Below, piece by piece: positions 19,269-29,350 of a DNA stretch of 64,000 nucleotides (within the stretch, counting starts at the first letter, position 1; each line of letters opens with the position of its first letter). The stretch spans positions 96,001 through 160,000 of the forward strand of contig JAWLHY010000007.1 of the NCBI GenBank assembly GCA_041690135.1, in the 5' to 3' direction. The DNA comes from Armatimonadota bacterium. GTDB taxonomy: Bacteria > Armatimonadota > SYMT01. The position numbers and the translations under genes were made by a program. The notes under the pieces are model-generated. The model did no database searches and had not been told where the DNA came from. It saw nothing but the letters and a program-made list of their open reading frames with translations.

Positions 19269-21449
19269 ATGAGATCTAAGGCATTCATCGGCGGTCTCGC
19301 CCTCTCCCTGGGCGCGGCCACGGGAGCCTGGGCCCAGGCTCTGCCCCGCATCCAGGCGCTCTATCCTCCGGGTGCCCGCGCCGGCAGCACGCTGGACGTC
19401 GCGATCCGCGGCGGCGGCATCGAAGGCGCCCGCGAGGTGATCGTGGACGGGACGGGTCTCAAGGCCACCCTGAACGCGGCCAACGTCAAGATCGACCCCG
19501 CCGAGCAGAAGCTGTTCCAGGGGAAGTGTGCCGGTTGTCACGAGTTGCGCGGCCCCCAGAACATCAGCCGGACCGCCGACCAGTGGGTGGCGACCGTCGA
19601 CCGGATGATCAAGGACAAGGGCGCCCCCATCGACGATACAGATCGTGCCAAGATCGTCAACTACGTCCGCGCGGCGGCCCGGGCCAGCGCCGGGTTGACG
19701 GCTCGGATCGAGGTAGCGGCGGATGCCAAACCCGGCCCTCGTGAAATCCGCATCGTCGGCACCAACGGGACCTCCACCGCTTTCCCGTTCGAGGTGACGA
19801 CCCAGCCCGAGTCGCTGGAAGCAGAGCCGAACAACGACGTGACCAAGGCCCCCGTGGTATCGCTGCCGCTCACCGTGAGCGGTCAGCTGACCAATACCGA
19901 CGTCGACGCCTTCGCTTTCCAGGCCAAGAAAGGCGAGCGCCTGGTTTTCAACTGCAGTGCCTACCGCCTGAACGAGGCGAGCCAGGACAGCTTCTTTCCG
20001 GTCCTCTTCCTCTACGACGACAAGGGGAAAGAGCTGGTCAAGAACACCGGCTATTTCAGTTTCGATCCGCTCATCGACTGGACGGCGCCCGCGGACGGAA
20101 AGTACGTCATCCTCATCCGCGACATGCTCTATCGCGGTACGCCCAAGAGCATCTATCGCTTGAGCATGGGGGCGCTGCCCTACAAGACCTATCTCTTCCC
20201 GGCCGGCGGCAAGCGTGGTACCACCACCCGCACCACCCTGAGTGGCGAGAACATGCAGCCGAAGACCCTGGAGGTTCCCGTGGCCGCCAACGCGCCGGCG
20301 GGAGTCCGCCAGGTGAGCACGGCCCAGGGCGCCTTCCGCTTCGTGGCGGGCGAGTACGAGGAGTACATCGAAAAGGACGTCGAGGGCCCGCAGGCGATCC
20401 AGCTCCCCTTAAGCATCAACGGGCGCATCCAGGCCGAGAAGGAAGAGGACCGCTACAAGTTCACGCTGACCAAAGAGACCCTCGGCACCTACACCTTCGA
20501 AGCCTTCGCGGATCGCGTGGGCTCACCGCTGGTCGCCCGGCTCACGCTGCGCGATCCGAAGGGTCGCGCCCTGGTATCCAACAACGGTGGGGCCGGTACC
20601 CGAGATCCGCGGATCGACTATAACTTCACCCAGCCGGGCGAGTACACCCTGGAGATCCTCGACGCCGCCGAGCGCTTTAGCCCCGCCCACATCTACCGGA
20701 TCAGCGCCGGGCCGGCCGACCCCGATTTCCACCTGGAAGTTTTCCCGGACAACCCGAACCTGGGCCCGGGGTCCAGCGTGTATCTCACCGTCCGCGTACC
20801 CCGCCGCGTCGGCGTGCCGGGAGACATCGAGGTCCAGTTCTCCAAGCTTCCGGCCGGCGTGACGGCCAGCCCCACGGTGATCCGCGCCGGCGAGAACCAG
20901 GCGTTCGTGACGCTCACCGCCGCGCCGAACGCAAAAGTAGGAACCTTCAGCCTCGCGGAGGTTACGGGCAAGACCACGATCAACGGCAAGACCATCCAGC
21001 GGGATGCGGTGCCGTACGAGATCTACCGCATCAATAACAACGCCCAGGTCTCGTATCGCGCCAACATGGTGGTGTCGGTCGGCCCGGACGCGGGCTGGAA
21101 AGTCAGCCTGTCGCCCGTCCAGATGCGGATGTCGCCGCAGTCCGGTCCCGTCGAAGTCACCGTCAAGCTCGACCGCAACGGGTACGACCGCGACCTGCCG
21201 TTTGCCATCGTCGGGGTCCCGAACGGCGTCCGCGCGCCGCGCTCGATCCTCTTCAAGCGGGGCACGGATGAGATGACCTTCACGCTCACCCCCACGGACG
21301 GCGGGATCTTCGCGCCGCGCCGCGCCAACCAGCCCCCGCCCCCGCCCTACTTCCTGCTCGCCGTGGTCAACGGCCGGGAAGGAGAGGGGATGATGATGTG
21401 CAGCCCCGCCGTTCCGGTCCACCTCTCCATGCCCGAAGCAGCTCCCTAA
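19269..21449 (+). CDS. Secreted PPC/Ig-domain protein with an inserted c-type heme domain
   Basis: 'YPPGARAGSTLDV','EAEPNND','DVDAFAF','DGKYVILIRD','LFPAGG' typical of PPC proteins in DUF1501 clusters; 'KCAGCH...RM' heme motif. Confidence 0.8.
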   Translation: MRSKAFIGGLALSLGAATGAWAQALPRIQALYPPGARAGSTLDVAIRGGGIEGAREVIVDGTGLKATLNAANVKIDPAEQKLFQGKCAGCHELRGPQNISRTADQWVATVDRMIKDKGAPIDDTDRAKIVNYVRAAARASAGLTARIEVAADAKPGPREIRIVGTNGTSTAFPFEVTTQPESLEAEPNNDVTKAPVVSLPLTVSGQLTNTDVDAFAFQAKKGERLVFNCSAYRLNEASQDSFFPVLFLYDDKGKELVKNTGYFSFDPLIDWTAPADGKYVILIRDMLYRGTPKSIYRLSMGALPYKTYLFPAGGKRGTTTRTTLSGENMQPKTLEVPVAANAPAGVRQVSTAQGAFRFVAGEYEEYIEKDVEGPQAIQLPLSINGRIQAEKEEDRYKFTLTKETLGTYTFEAFADRVGSPLVARLTLRDPKGRALVSNNGGAGTRDPRIDYNFTQPGEYTLEILDAAERFSPAHIYRISAGPADPDFHLEVFPDNPNLGPGSSVYLTVRVPRRVGVPGDIEVQFSKLPAGVTASPTVIRAGENQAFVTLTAAPNAKVGTFSLAEVTGKTTINGKTIQRDAVPYEIYRINNNAQVSYRANMVVSVGPDAGWKVSLSPVQMRMSPQSGPVEVTVKLDRNGYDRDLPFAIVGVPNGVRAPRSILFKRGTDEMTFTLTPTDGGIFAPRRANQPPPPPYFLLAVVNGREGEGMMMCSPAVPVHLSMPEAAP

Positions 21450-21485
21450 CGCTCCGGATCCTTCGGAAGCAAAACCTACCCCAAG

Positions 21486-21512
21486 AGCCCCGGCGCACAC
21501 GCCGGGGCTTTT
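21486..21512 (+). terminator. Rho-independent terminator
   Basis: AGCCCCGGCG-CACA-CGCCGGGGCT followed by TTT, just after the operon. Confidence 0.75.
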
Positions 21513-21740
21513 CCTATCGCCTACGAGACCCCCAGGTGAGAGCCTCCAACCTTGCCAGGGTCCCCTAGCCCCTATTCTCATCCAGGTCCCAACGCCATCC
21601 GCCCGTTCTGAGGCACAAAAGTAATGCACCAAATCGTCACTGCGAGGAGGGGTAAAACCCAGCCGACTTCACAGACCTACTCCGCCCCAAAGGCCGAAAC
21701 ACAGCCATCATGTTCCCTCACTCCGATACCCGACGTGGCA

Positions 21741-21929
21741 GGCCCCCTGGTCAGGGTAGCCGTCCTTTCGCTGGACTCCTTATCCTGATCCTAAGCCATT
21801 CCGGCCCCCTGGTCAGGGCAGCCGTCCTTACCTGGGCTTCGTTATCCTTATCTTGACCCCAATCCATTCCGGCCCCCCGGTCAGGGCAGCCGCACTTACC
21901 TAGAACTCTTCATCTTTATCCTTATCCTG
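21741..21929. repeat. Three tandem 62-68 bp imperfect repeats
   Basis: Core GGCCCCCTGGTCAGGG(C/T)AGCCG at 21741, 21803 and 21871, separated by ATCCTT-rich tracts. Confidence 0.85.
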
Positions 21930-21952
21930 TGGCGACGACCCTAGGACGGAGC

Positions 21953-21994
21953 AAAACAAAGCCCCTGGTCCGGACATCTGTCCGGACCAGGGGC
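21953..21994 (-). terminator. Perfect 16-bp inverted repeat/terminator
   Basis: GCCCCTGGTCCGGACA-TC-TGTCCGGACCAGGGGC, followed on the minus strand by TTTGTTTT. Confidence 0.75.
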
Positions 21995-22120
21995 ATGTTA
22001 CTCCTGTCCTATTCGGACCTCACTCAAGCCCTGCACCCACTCCATCCCCCGAACAGGGAAGTACTCATGGGCCCGGACTCTTTATCCTAATCCTCATCCT
22101 TATCCTAATCGGACGAAGTC

Positions 22121-23557
22121 TCAGGCCAGGATCTCTTCCACGATCCGCCCGTGGACGTCGGTGAGGCGGAAGTCGCGGCCGGCGTACCGGTAGGTCAGCT
22201 TCTCGTGGTGCATGCCCAGCAGGTGCAGGATGGTCGCATGCAGGTCGTGCATGTGCACTTTGTCCTGGACGGCATAGTAGCCGTAGTCGTCGGTCGCGCC
22301 GTAGGTCATGCCCGGCTTTACGCCGCCGCCTGCCAGCCACATACTGAAGGCGTGCGGGTTGTGGTCGCGCCCGTCGTTCCCCTGCGCGGTCGGGGTGCGG
22401 CCAAATTCGCCGCCCCACCACACCAGCGTGTCTTCCAGTAGGCCTCGCTGCTTGAGATCCTTGAGCAGGCCCGCGATCGGTTTATCGACCTCCATCGCGT
22501 TCTTGCCGTGACCTGCCTTCAGGTTGCCGTGCTGGTCCCACTTGTAGCTGTGGGTGCACTGGATAAAGCGGACCCCCGCCTCGGCATACCGGCGGGCGAG
22601 GAGGCATTGGCGCCCGAAGTTATCGGTCGGCTCCTCGTTGATGCCGTAGAGCTTGAGCGTGGCTTCGGACTCGTCCGAGATGTCCATCAGTTCCGGCACG
22701 GTCATCTGCATTCGGAACGCGAGTTCGAAGGAGTTGATGCGGCCTTCCAGTTGCGGGTCCGGCGCCAGGGGCTGGAGGTGCCGCTGGTTGACCCGCTTCA
22801 ACATGTCGAGCTGGAACTGCTGCAGATCGCGCGAGATCTCGGCGTTCTCAATGAACTTGATCTGGGCTTCCTTCGCTTTGATGCTGGCGTTGCCGACCGG
22901 CGTGCCCTGGTAGTCGGCTGGGAGGAACGCCGCGCTCCAGTTCTGAACGCCGCCGTGACCCAGGGTGGGGCAGATGGTGATGAAGCCCGGCAGGTTCTGG
23001 TTCTCGCTGCCGAGGCCGTAGGTCACCCACGACCCGATGCTCGGGCGCACGAAGGTATCCGAACCGGTGTGGAGTTGCAGCAGGGCGCCGCCGTGGGCCG
23101 AGTTGTTGGCGTGGATCGAGCGGATGACGCAGAGATCATCCACGCAGGACCCCACGTGAGGGAAGAGGTCACTGACTTCGATTCCGCTCTGGCCGTACTT
23201 CCGGAACTCCCACGGCGAGCGCAGCAGGTTCCCCGTCTGGGCGAACTGTACGCGCGGCTTCTGACCCGGGAAGGGTTTCCCGCTATCGCGGGTCAGGAGC
23301 GGCTTGGGGTCGAACGTATCGACCTGCGACGGCCCGCCGTGCATGAACAGGAAGATGACCCGCTTGGCTCGCGGCGCGTAATGGGGCTTGCGAGCCGCCA
23401 GGGGATGGGCCGCGGGCTCTGCGGTCGGTGCGGTGGCCGGCGCGGCCTGGCTTTCCTGGGCCGCCAGTCCGGCGAGGGCCATCATGCCGAAGCCGTTCGC
23501 CGAGGACCGCAGCAGGTCCCGGCGGCTGAAAACCGGTGTAAAGCGATTGCAGTTCAC
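22121..23557 (-). CDS. DUF1501 family protein
   Basis: Probable GTG start 23557 after GAGGG; 'SRRDLL' Tat-like; 'HGGPSQVDTFDPKP','WDQH','GEFGRTP','GRDHNP'. Confidence 0.93.
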   Translation of the reverse strand: MNCNRFTPVFSRRDLLRSSANGFGMMALAGLAAQESQAAPATAPTAEPAAHPLAARKPHYAPRAKRVIFLFMHGGPSQVDTFDPKPLLTRDSGKPFPGQKPRVQFAQTGNLLRSPWEFRKYGQSGIEVSDLFPHVGSCVDDLCVIRSIHANNSAHGGALLQLHTGSDTFVRPSIGSWVTYGLGSENQNLPGFITICPTLGHGGVQNWSAAFLPADYQGTPVGNASIKAKEAQIKFIENAEISRDLQQFQLDMLKRVNQRHLQPLAPDPQLEGRINSFELAFRMQMTVPELMDISDESEATLKLYGINEEPTDNFGRQCLLARRYAEAGVRFIQCTHSYKWDQHGNLKAGHGKNAMEVDKPIAGLLKDLKQRGLLEDTLVWWGGEFGRTPTAQGNDGRDHNPHAFSMWLAGGGVKPGMTYGATDDYGYYAVQDKVHMHDLHATILHLLGMHHEKLTYRYAGRDFRLTDVHGRIVEEILA

Positions 23558-23568
23558 GGTAGAGACCC

Positions 23569-26500
23569 TCAGTTCAGATAGATGAATTCGCTGGAGGCGA
23601 ACAGGATCTGGCACAGGCTCTGCCAGGCCGCCTTCTTCCGCTCGGTGGGATCTTTCACCCGGTCGCCGAGCTTCTCCTCATACAGCTTGAGATACTGGAG
23701 TGAGCTGTCGACCTCGTCCTGTGCGGCGGGCCGGCTGTAGGCCGTCAGGTAGGCCGCGCGCACCCGCGCCGCATCGTCCGCGTAGCTGCCGCCGAGCAAG
23801 CTCTCTGCCCAGGCTCGCGCCTGCTTCAGGACGAACTGCCCGTTCATCATGAAGAGCGCCTGGGGCGCCACGGTGGTGCTGGACCGCTTACCGTTCAGGA
23901 AGCTCGGCTCCACGAAATCGAAGACCTGGAACACGTCGAACACGGCGTTCCGGATCACCGGCAGGTAGATGCTCCGGCGTGGGCTGTCGTACTGCGCCGC
24001 GTTTCCGGACTGATCGTTGGTCACGTAGGCAAAGTTGGGAGTGGCGAGGAGCGTACCGCCCATCGTGCGGTCCAGTTGCCCGGACACGGCCAGGATGCCG
24101 TCCCGGATCGCTTCCACTTCCATCCGGCGGCGGTTCATCCGCCAGAGGAGTTGGTTCTCCGGGTCCGCCAGGGCCGCGCGAGCGTCGTAGGCCGTGCTCA
24201 TCTGGTAGGTGCTGGAAAGGAGCATCAGCCGGTGCATCGCCTTGATGGACCAGCCCTTCTGCACGAACCGCTTTGCCAGCCAGTCGAGGAGCTCCGGGTG
24301 AGAGGGGCGGTCCCCCAATTTGCCGAAGTTGTCGGAGCTGCGTACGATCCCCTCGCCGAAGTGGTGCTGCCAGATGCGGTTGACCATCACCCGCGCCGTC
24401 AGCGGGTGGTTCGGGTCCGTCAGCCAGTGGGCCAGCTCCAGCCGTCCGCTGGTCGCCTGCGGTAGCTCCGGCTGCTCGTTGGAGATGATCCGCAGGAAGC
24501 CGCGCGGCGCTTCTTCCCCCAGCGTCAGGTGGTTGCCGCGGATGTGGACCTTCACGTTCGCGATGGCCTTCTCATCCTCCACGGCGATCGCCATCGGGAC
24601 GGGCGGCGGGGCGGCAGCGACAATTGTCTTTTCTTCACCCTTGAGCTTCTCCAGCCCGCTCTTCGCCTCGGCGGTATAGAACCGTTCGATCTTGTCCAGG
24701 CCGAATGCTCCGTTGCCGCCGTAGAGCACCTGGCGCAGCGCTTCCTGGTCCGCGTCGTTCAGCTTGTTGATCGGTTTCTTGCTGGCCTTCACCCGCCCGT
24801 TCCAGATCTTATTGATCTGCACGAACAGCTTGCCATAGCGCTGCGCGACTTCTTCCAGGGACTTCGGCGCCTCACCGGAGAATGCCTCGGCCACGGAAGG
24901 ATGCCAGCTCTTCAGTCGGCTGCCGCTCTTCCACTCCGCCACCAGCTTCTGCGCCGCCTCGGCGAAGCCCGCTTCCGGCAGGGCGCTGAAGGCGTGCCAG
25001 GCCGAGAAGATGGGGTCGCCGCCCCGCTTCCGCGAAGCCAGAAGGTAGGCGGCGGACCGGCGCAGCACGTCGGGGTTCAGGTTATGCTGCTTCGCCAGCT
25101 CCGTGGGGTTGATCCGCGGCCGGGATCCGGGCGCTGCCGGAGCCTGACCGGCCGGGGCCGGCGGGACCAGCGCGATCTTGTCGATGTGCGGGAGCGCGCC
25201 GGAGGCCTGCTCCAAACGCAGCACGTGCTTGCCGGCGGTGGCGGTCAGCGTGCCCTCGACCAGCCATTCCTGGTTGGGGGGATTGAAGCCACCGGTGTCT
25301 CCAGCGGCAGCCCGCGGGAAGACGACCTGCCCATCCCACTTGATCCGGACCGGCCGGCTGCCGGAGGAAGCGTACCGCAGGGCCACCTGGTACTCGCCCG
25401 CCTTCTCCAGCGTCACGTCATACTCGGTGAAGGCGGCGCCGCGGCCGGCACTCTCGATGATGCCGATGCCTTGCCCGTAGCCGTCGTTCGTCACCTTCAC
25501 GTCGGCACGAGCAAACTTCTCCGCCTCCAGCACGCGGATCCCCGGCAGGTTGAGCGAGAAGGGCGCGGGCCCCTTCAGGGGCTCCACGGCTGCTTCCAGG
25601 CCGACCACCAGGTACTTGTGGAAATCCGCCACCAGTGCGGAGGAGGTTTCCAGGTTGATCCGCTCGGTCTCGCGCCTCAGCTCTTCCTGCTTGGCTTCGA
25701 GCTTCTGTTTGTGCTCCTCCACCCGGGCCACCGCTTCCTTATCGGCCAGCGGGCGCTCCAGCACACGGGCGACCGTGTTCAGCGTCGCCATCGTGCGCGT
25801 GCTCTTGAAGATGCCGGCCAGGCTGTAGTAGTCGCGGGTCGGGAACGGATCGAACTTGTGGTCGTGGCAGCGAGCGCAGCCCAGCGTGAACGCCATGAAC
25901 GCCTTGCCGGTCGTGTCGATCTGCTCGTCCACGATGTCCATGACCATCTTCTGCTTGTCGGGTTCCGCCAGCACCTTGGGTCCCAGCGCCAGGAAGCCGG
26001 TCGCGACCATCCGGTCGCGGTCCAGTTCCTCGTTGCCACTCGCCGGCATCAGGTCGCCGGCGAGCTGTTCGCGCACGAACTGGTCGTACGGCTTGTCCTG
26101 GTTGAAGGCCTTGACCACGTAATCGCGATAGCGCCAGGCATTCCCGAAGGCGGTGTTCTCGTCCAGGCCGTTGGAATCGGCGTAGCGGGCCACGTCCAGC
26201 CAGTGGCGGCCCCACCGCTCCCCATAAGCGGGGGTGGCGAGGAGGCGATCCACCACGCGCGCAAAGGCGTCCGGCGAGTTGTCCGCGAGGAACGCCTCCA
26301 CCTCGGCCGGGGTGGGGGGGAGTCCGGTGAGGTCGAAGGTCACGCGGCGGAGGAGGGTCCGCTTATCCGCCGGCGCCGCCGGTTTCAGGCCCTTTGCCTC
26401 CAGGCGGCTCAGAATGAACGCGTCGATGGGGGACTTGACCCACGCCTTGTTCTTCACGCCGGGCACGGCGGGGTCCTTGACCGGCTGGAAAGCCCAGAAC

Positions 26501-27027
26501 GCCTTCTGCTCCGGAGAGAAGAGCTGTCCGCCCTTCCCCCACGCGCCCCCCGGCCCCTGAGCCCCGCCCCCCGGCCCCTGATAATTCGGCCAGGGCGCGC
26601 CCATCTTGACCCACTGCGTGAGGTCCGCAATCTGCTGGGGCTTGAGTTTGCCCTGCGGCGGCATCTTCAGGTGGTCCTGCGTGTAGTTAACCGCCTGGAG
26701 CAGCAGGCTCTTCTCCGGGTCTCCGGGCACCACGAGAGGGCCGGTGTCTCCGCCTTTGAAGAACCCGGCCGCCGTATCGAGGCGGAGGCCGCCCTTTGTG
26801 TTCTTCTCGTTGTGACAGGCATTGCACTGCTGTGCGAGCAGCGGCCGGACCTTATTCTCGAAGAACTCCAGCGCCTTCGCGTCGGCGGCCGCTTCCGCCC
26901 CGGAACGCGCCGTCCCCCCCTTCGGAACCACCGGCTTCGGCGCTTCCTGCGCCGCCACCGAGGCCCACGCCAGCACGCCGGACGTGCCGAGGACCGCTCC
27001 CAATGCCGTACCGCTCAGTAACCTCAT
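23569..27027 (-). CDS. Planctomycete cytochrome c (PSCyt1)/DUF1549/DUF1553 protein with an inserted CBM6/35-like domain
   Basis: 'FFENKVRPLL..CNACH','GERWGRHWLD','CARCHDHKFD'. Insert 'LEAEKF...AGEYQVALRYAS...IDKI'. Confidence 0.9.
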   Translation of the reverse strand: MRLLSGTALGAVLGTSGVLAWASVAAQEAPKPVVPKGGTARSGAEAAADAKALEFFENKVRPLLAQQCNACHNEKNTKGGLRLDTAAGFFKGGDTGPLVVPGDPEKSLLLQAVNYTQDHLKMPPQGKLKPQQIADLTQWVKMGAPWPNYQGPGGGAQGPGGAWGKGGQLFSPEQKAFWAFQPVKDPAVPGVKNKAWVKSPIDAFILSRLEAKGLKPAAPADKRTLLRRVTFDLTGLPPTPAEVEAFLADNSPDAFARVVDRLLATPAYGERWGRHWLDVARYADSNGLDENTAFGNAWRYRDYVVKAFNQDKPYDQFVREQLAGDLMPASGNEELDRDRMVATGFLALGPKVLAEPDKQKMVMDIVDEQIDTTGKAFMAFTLGCARCHDHKFDPFPTRDYYSLAGIFKSTRTMATLNTVARVLERPLADKEAVARVEEHKQKLEAKQEELRRETERINLETSSALVADFHKYLVVGLEAAVEPLKGPAPFSLNLPGIRVLEAEKFARADVKVTNDGYGQGIGIIESAGRGAAFTEYDVTLEKAGEYQVALRYASSGSRPVRIKWDGQVVFPRAAAGDTGGFNPPNQEWLVEGTLTATAGKHVLRLEQASGALPHIDKIALVPPAPAGQAPAAPGSRPRINPTELAKQHNLNPDVLRRSAAYLLASRKRGGDPIFSAWHAFSALPEAGFAEAAQKLVAEWKSGSRLKSWHPSVAEAFSGEAPKSLEEVAQRYGKLFVQINKIWNGRVKASKKPINKLNDADQEALRQVLYGGNGAFGLDKIERFYTAEAKSGLEKLKGEEKTIVAAAPPPVPMAIAVEDEKAIANVKVHIRGNHLTLGEEAPRGFLRIISNEQPELPQATSGRLELAHWLTDPNHPLTARVMVNRIWQHHFGEGIVRSSDNFGKLGDRPSHPELLDWLAKRFVQKGWSIKAMHRLMLLSSTYQMSTAYDARAALADPENQLLWRMNRRRMEVEAIRDGILAVSGQLDRTMGGTLLATPNFAYVTNDQSGNAAQYDSPRRSIYLPVIRNAVFDVFQVFDFVEPSFLNGKRSSTTVAPQALFMMNGQFVLKQARAWAESLLGGSYADDAARVRAAYLTAYSRPAAQDEVDSSLQYLKLYEEKLGDRVKDPTERKKAAWQSLCQILFASSEFIYLN

Positions 27028-27034
27028 CAATGCC

Positions 27035-28072
27035 TCACTCTGCGTTGCCGCACGACTGGCGCACTACCAGCCGCGTGGGAATCACGATGGTCTCCGGCAC
27101 CAGGTCCGGATCCGCAATTCGCGTGAAGAGACGCTCCGCCGCCCGCACTCCCATGTCGCGGGGCGCCTGGTTGACCGTGGTCAGGCCCAGGTAGCGCGCT
27201 TCCGGTTGTTCTCCGTATCCGACGACCGCGACGTCGCTCGGAATGACGAAACCATTCTCCCGGATGGCCACCACCGCCTCGGCCGCCAAGCGGTCGTTGG
27301 CGGCGAAAACGGCGGTCGGCGGCTCGGGTAGCCGGAGCAACTGCTCCATCCACTGTGCCGCATCCGGGCTGCTGAATGACCAGCCGATCACCAGCGAGGG
27401 ATCGTAGGGAATCCCTGCTTCGGCGAGCGCCTGCCGATAACCTTCTTCCCGCAGGCGAGCCGGTACCGCGCGCGTGCCCCCGGACAGGTGCCCGATCCGC
27501 CGGTGCCCGCGCTGCAGCAGGTGCCGCATCGCCGCGGCCGTGCCGTTCCGGTCGTCGCTGATCACGCAGTCTACCTGACCATCCGGGGGACAGTCGTCCA
27601 CCACGATGCAGGGTACCCCTTCCGAGAGCACCTCATCCAGAAGTTCCGCCGAGCGGTCGTGCGTGCGCCAGCTACCGACGTTGATCAGTCCCTCCACCCG
27701 GTTCTCCAGCAGCAGCCGCACCTGCTCCAACTCCCCCTGTGGGTCGTCCAGGGAGTAGGCCAGGAGCATTCGGAATTCGTAGCGGGAGCAGACTTCCTGG
27801 ATTCCGTTGACGATCTCGGCGTGGAAGCTGCTTTGCAGAGAGGGGACCACCACCCCCAGGGTCTGGGTGCGGTTGCGAACCAGGCTGCGGGCGATGCCGT
27901 TGCGGCGGTAACCCAGCTCCTCCGCCGCGAGCAGGATGCGCGCGCGGGTCGGTTCCGGGATGGTCACGTCCGACCGTCCGTTGAGCACGTACGAAACCGT
28001 GGTGCGCGAGAACCCCGCGCGCCGCGCCACGTCCGCCATGCCGATCCTGGGTTTGATGCTGTTTGCGCTCAT
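27035..28072 (-). CDS. LacI-family transcriptional regulator
   Basis: HTH 'MADVARRAGFSRTTVSYVLNG', 'LGYRRNGIARSL', periplasmic-binding-like domain. ATG 28072 chosen as start. Confidence 0.93.
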   Translation of the reverse strand: MSANSIKPRIGMADVARRAGFSRTTVSYVLNGRSDVTIPEPTRARILLAAEELGYRRNGIARSLVRNRTQTLGVVVPSLQSSFHAEIVNGIQEVCSRYEFRMLLAYSLDDPQGELEQVRLLLENRVEGLINVGSWRTHDRSAELLDEVLSEGVPCIVVDDCPPDGQVDCVISDDRNGTAAAMRHLLQRGHRRIGHLSGGTRAVPARLREEGYRQALAEAGIPYDPSLVIGWSFSSPDAAQWMEQLLRLPEPPTAVFAANDRLAAEAVVAIRENGFVIPSDVAVVGYGEQPEARYLGLTTVNQAPRDMGVRAAERLFTRIADPDLVPETIVIPTRLVVRQSCGNAE

Positions 28073-28077
28073 CCTGT

Positions 28078-28097
28078 TTATTGACACGTGTCAATAA
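28078..28097. promoter_or_regulatory. Perfect 20-bp palindrome, probable LacI-family operator
   Basis: TTATTGACACGTGTCAATAA with central CG, directly upstream of the LacI ATG. Confidence 0.75.
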
Positions 28098-28313
28098 CAA
28101 GTGTTGCGCAAGTTCGAGCCCACGCGCCGGTGTGTCTTGGTTGCTGATATGAGGCAAATCTGTTGGGATCGGCGCTGGAATATGCCACGGAAGCGTAGCC
28201 AAGGTATCCTGAACTCAAGACATTGACGACTGTTAGTCACAAAAGACGCTCGGTCGTTAAGCAACGGCGGGTCAGCCGCCGGCCAGGTCGTATCCACGAA
28301 AGGATCCACATCC

Positions 28314-28919
28314 ATGCTTCGATCCCTGAAGCGAGGGTTCACCCTCATTGAGCTGCTCGTAGTGATCGCTATTATCGCCATTCTCGCTGCTATCCTGTTC
28401 CCCGTGTTTGCACGGGCGCGAGAGGCCGCCCGGCAATCAAGCTGCAACAGCAACGCCAAGCAGATGGGCACTGCCCTCGCCATGTACATGCAGGACTACG
28501 ACGGCATCACGTTCAGCAGTCCGTGGGGCGGTCAGGGGGCGCCGTGGTGGGACCTCATCACGCCCTACACCAAAAATCGCGGCATCTATCTCTGCCCCTC
28601 CGCCTCGCACACCGGCTACGGAGAGAACTGGCCCCGGAAGTTGACGAACCCCGTCGAAGGGAACCGGCGCTTCGGCTACATGTTCAGCGAGCACTTCCAC
28701 GCCCAGGGCATCAACGAGGCCGCCTTCCGCGAGCCCGCCGATGTCGCCGTGCTTGCCGACGGCCGCCACTCCATCAACGGCTGGACCTGGAACACCATTC
28801 GCGACAACTCCCGCCGCGGCGCCAACCACAACGAAGGCGTGAACGTCCTCTACGCCGACTGGCACGCCAAGTGGGTCCGCATCGACCGCACCCACCTCCT
28901 CCGCAGCGACCCCCGCTAA
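28314..28919 (+). CDS. Prepilin-type N-methylation DUF1559 protein
   Basis: '[36 protein letters not shown]'; C-terminal '[13 protein letters not shown]' (H-X9-DG variant). Confidence 0.93.
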   Translation: MLRSLKRGFTLIELLVVIAIIAILAAILFPVFARAREAARQSSCNSNAKQMGTALAMYMQDYDGITFSSPWGGQGAPWWDLITPYTKNRGIYLCPSASHTGYGENWPRKLTNPVEGNRRFGYMFSEHFHAQGINEAAFREPADVAVLADGRHSINGWTWNTIRDNSRRGANHNEGVNVLYADWHAKWVRIDRTHLLRSDPR

Positions 28920-28960
28920 CCTCCTAACCGGCCCCACGCCGGACCAAACGCACCGAGGGG

Positions 28961-28989
28961 TAGAGCCAAGGCCCAGGGCCTTGGTTCTA
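28961..28989. terminator. Hairpin after the DUF1559 gene
   Basis: TAGAGCCAAGGCCC-A-GGGCCTTGGTTCTA. Confidence 0.55.
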
Positions 28990-29350
28990 CCCCTGTTTCA
29001 TGGGTGAATGGAAGCGTATGGGCAGCCGTACGCCCGGCGGAGTTAGGGCTGTGCTGGCCCTTCTCTGAACCAGATGAGCGCCGGCGATCCCTTACTCGCG
29101 CGAGTAGCCGCGGACTTGTCAGGTACAGGCACGGACGGCGGAGTTTGGCGTCGCTACAACGAGACGGAACCGTAACGGCCAGTGTTGGTGGAGGGTTCGT
29201 CCGAAACGGCGGCCGGCGAAAGCCCGTCTCAGGATCGAGCCGCACGGTTGGTGCGGCAATAGTTGCTGGATTGCGACGGGTCGACCCCGAATTTGGCCGT
29301 GGGCCGCGGTGCGATATCGTGCGCCGAAGTTAGTGGAGTTTGCTGAGACG

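Noticed and set aside
21741-21929. CRISPR array
   Set aside because: Only three degenerate units, the 'spacers' resemble each other and are low-complexity, and there are no cas genes in the window.
24529-27021. Long antisense ORFs (830 aa here; also 16645-18087, 58943-60421, 49390-50562)
   Set aside because: They lie opposite well-supported genes and are expected shadows of high-GC codon usage; no recognisable motifs.
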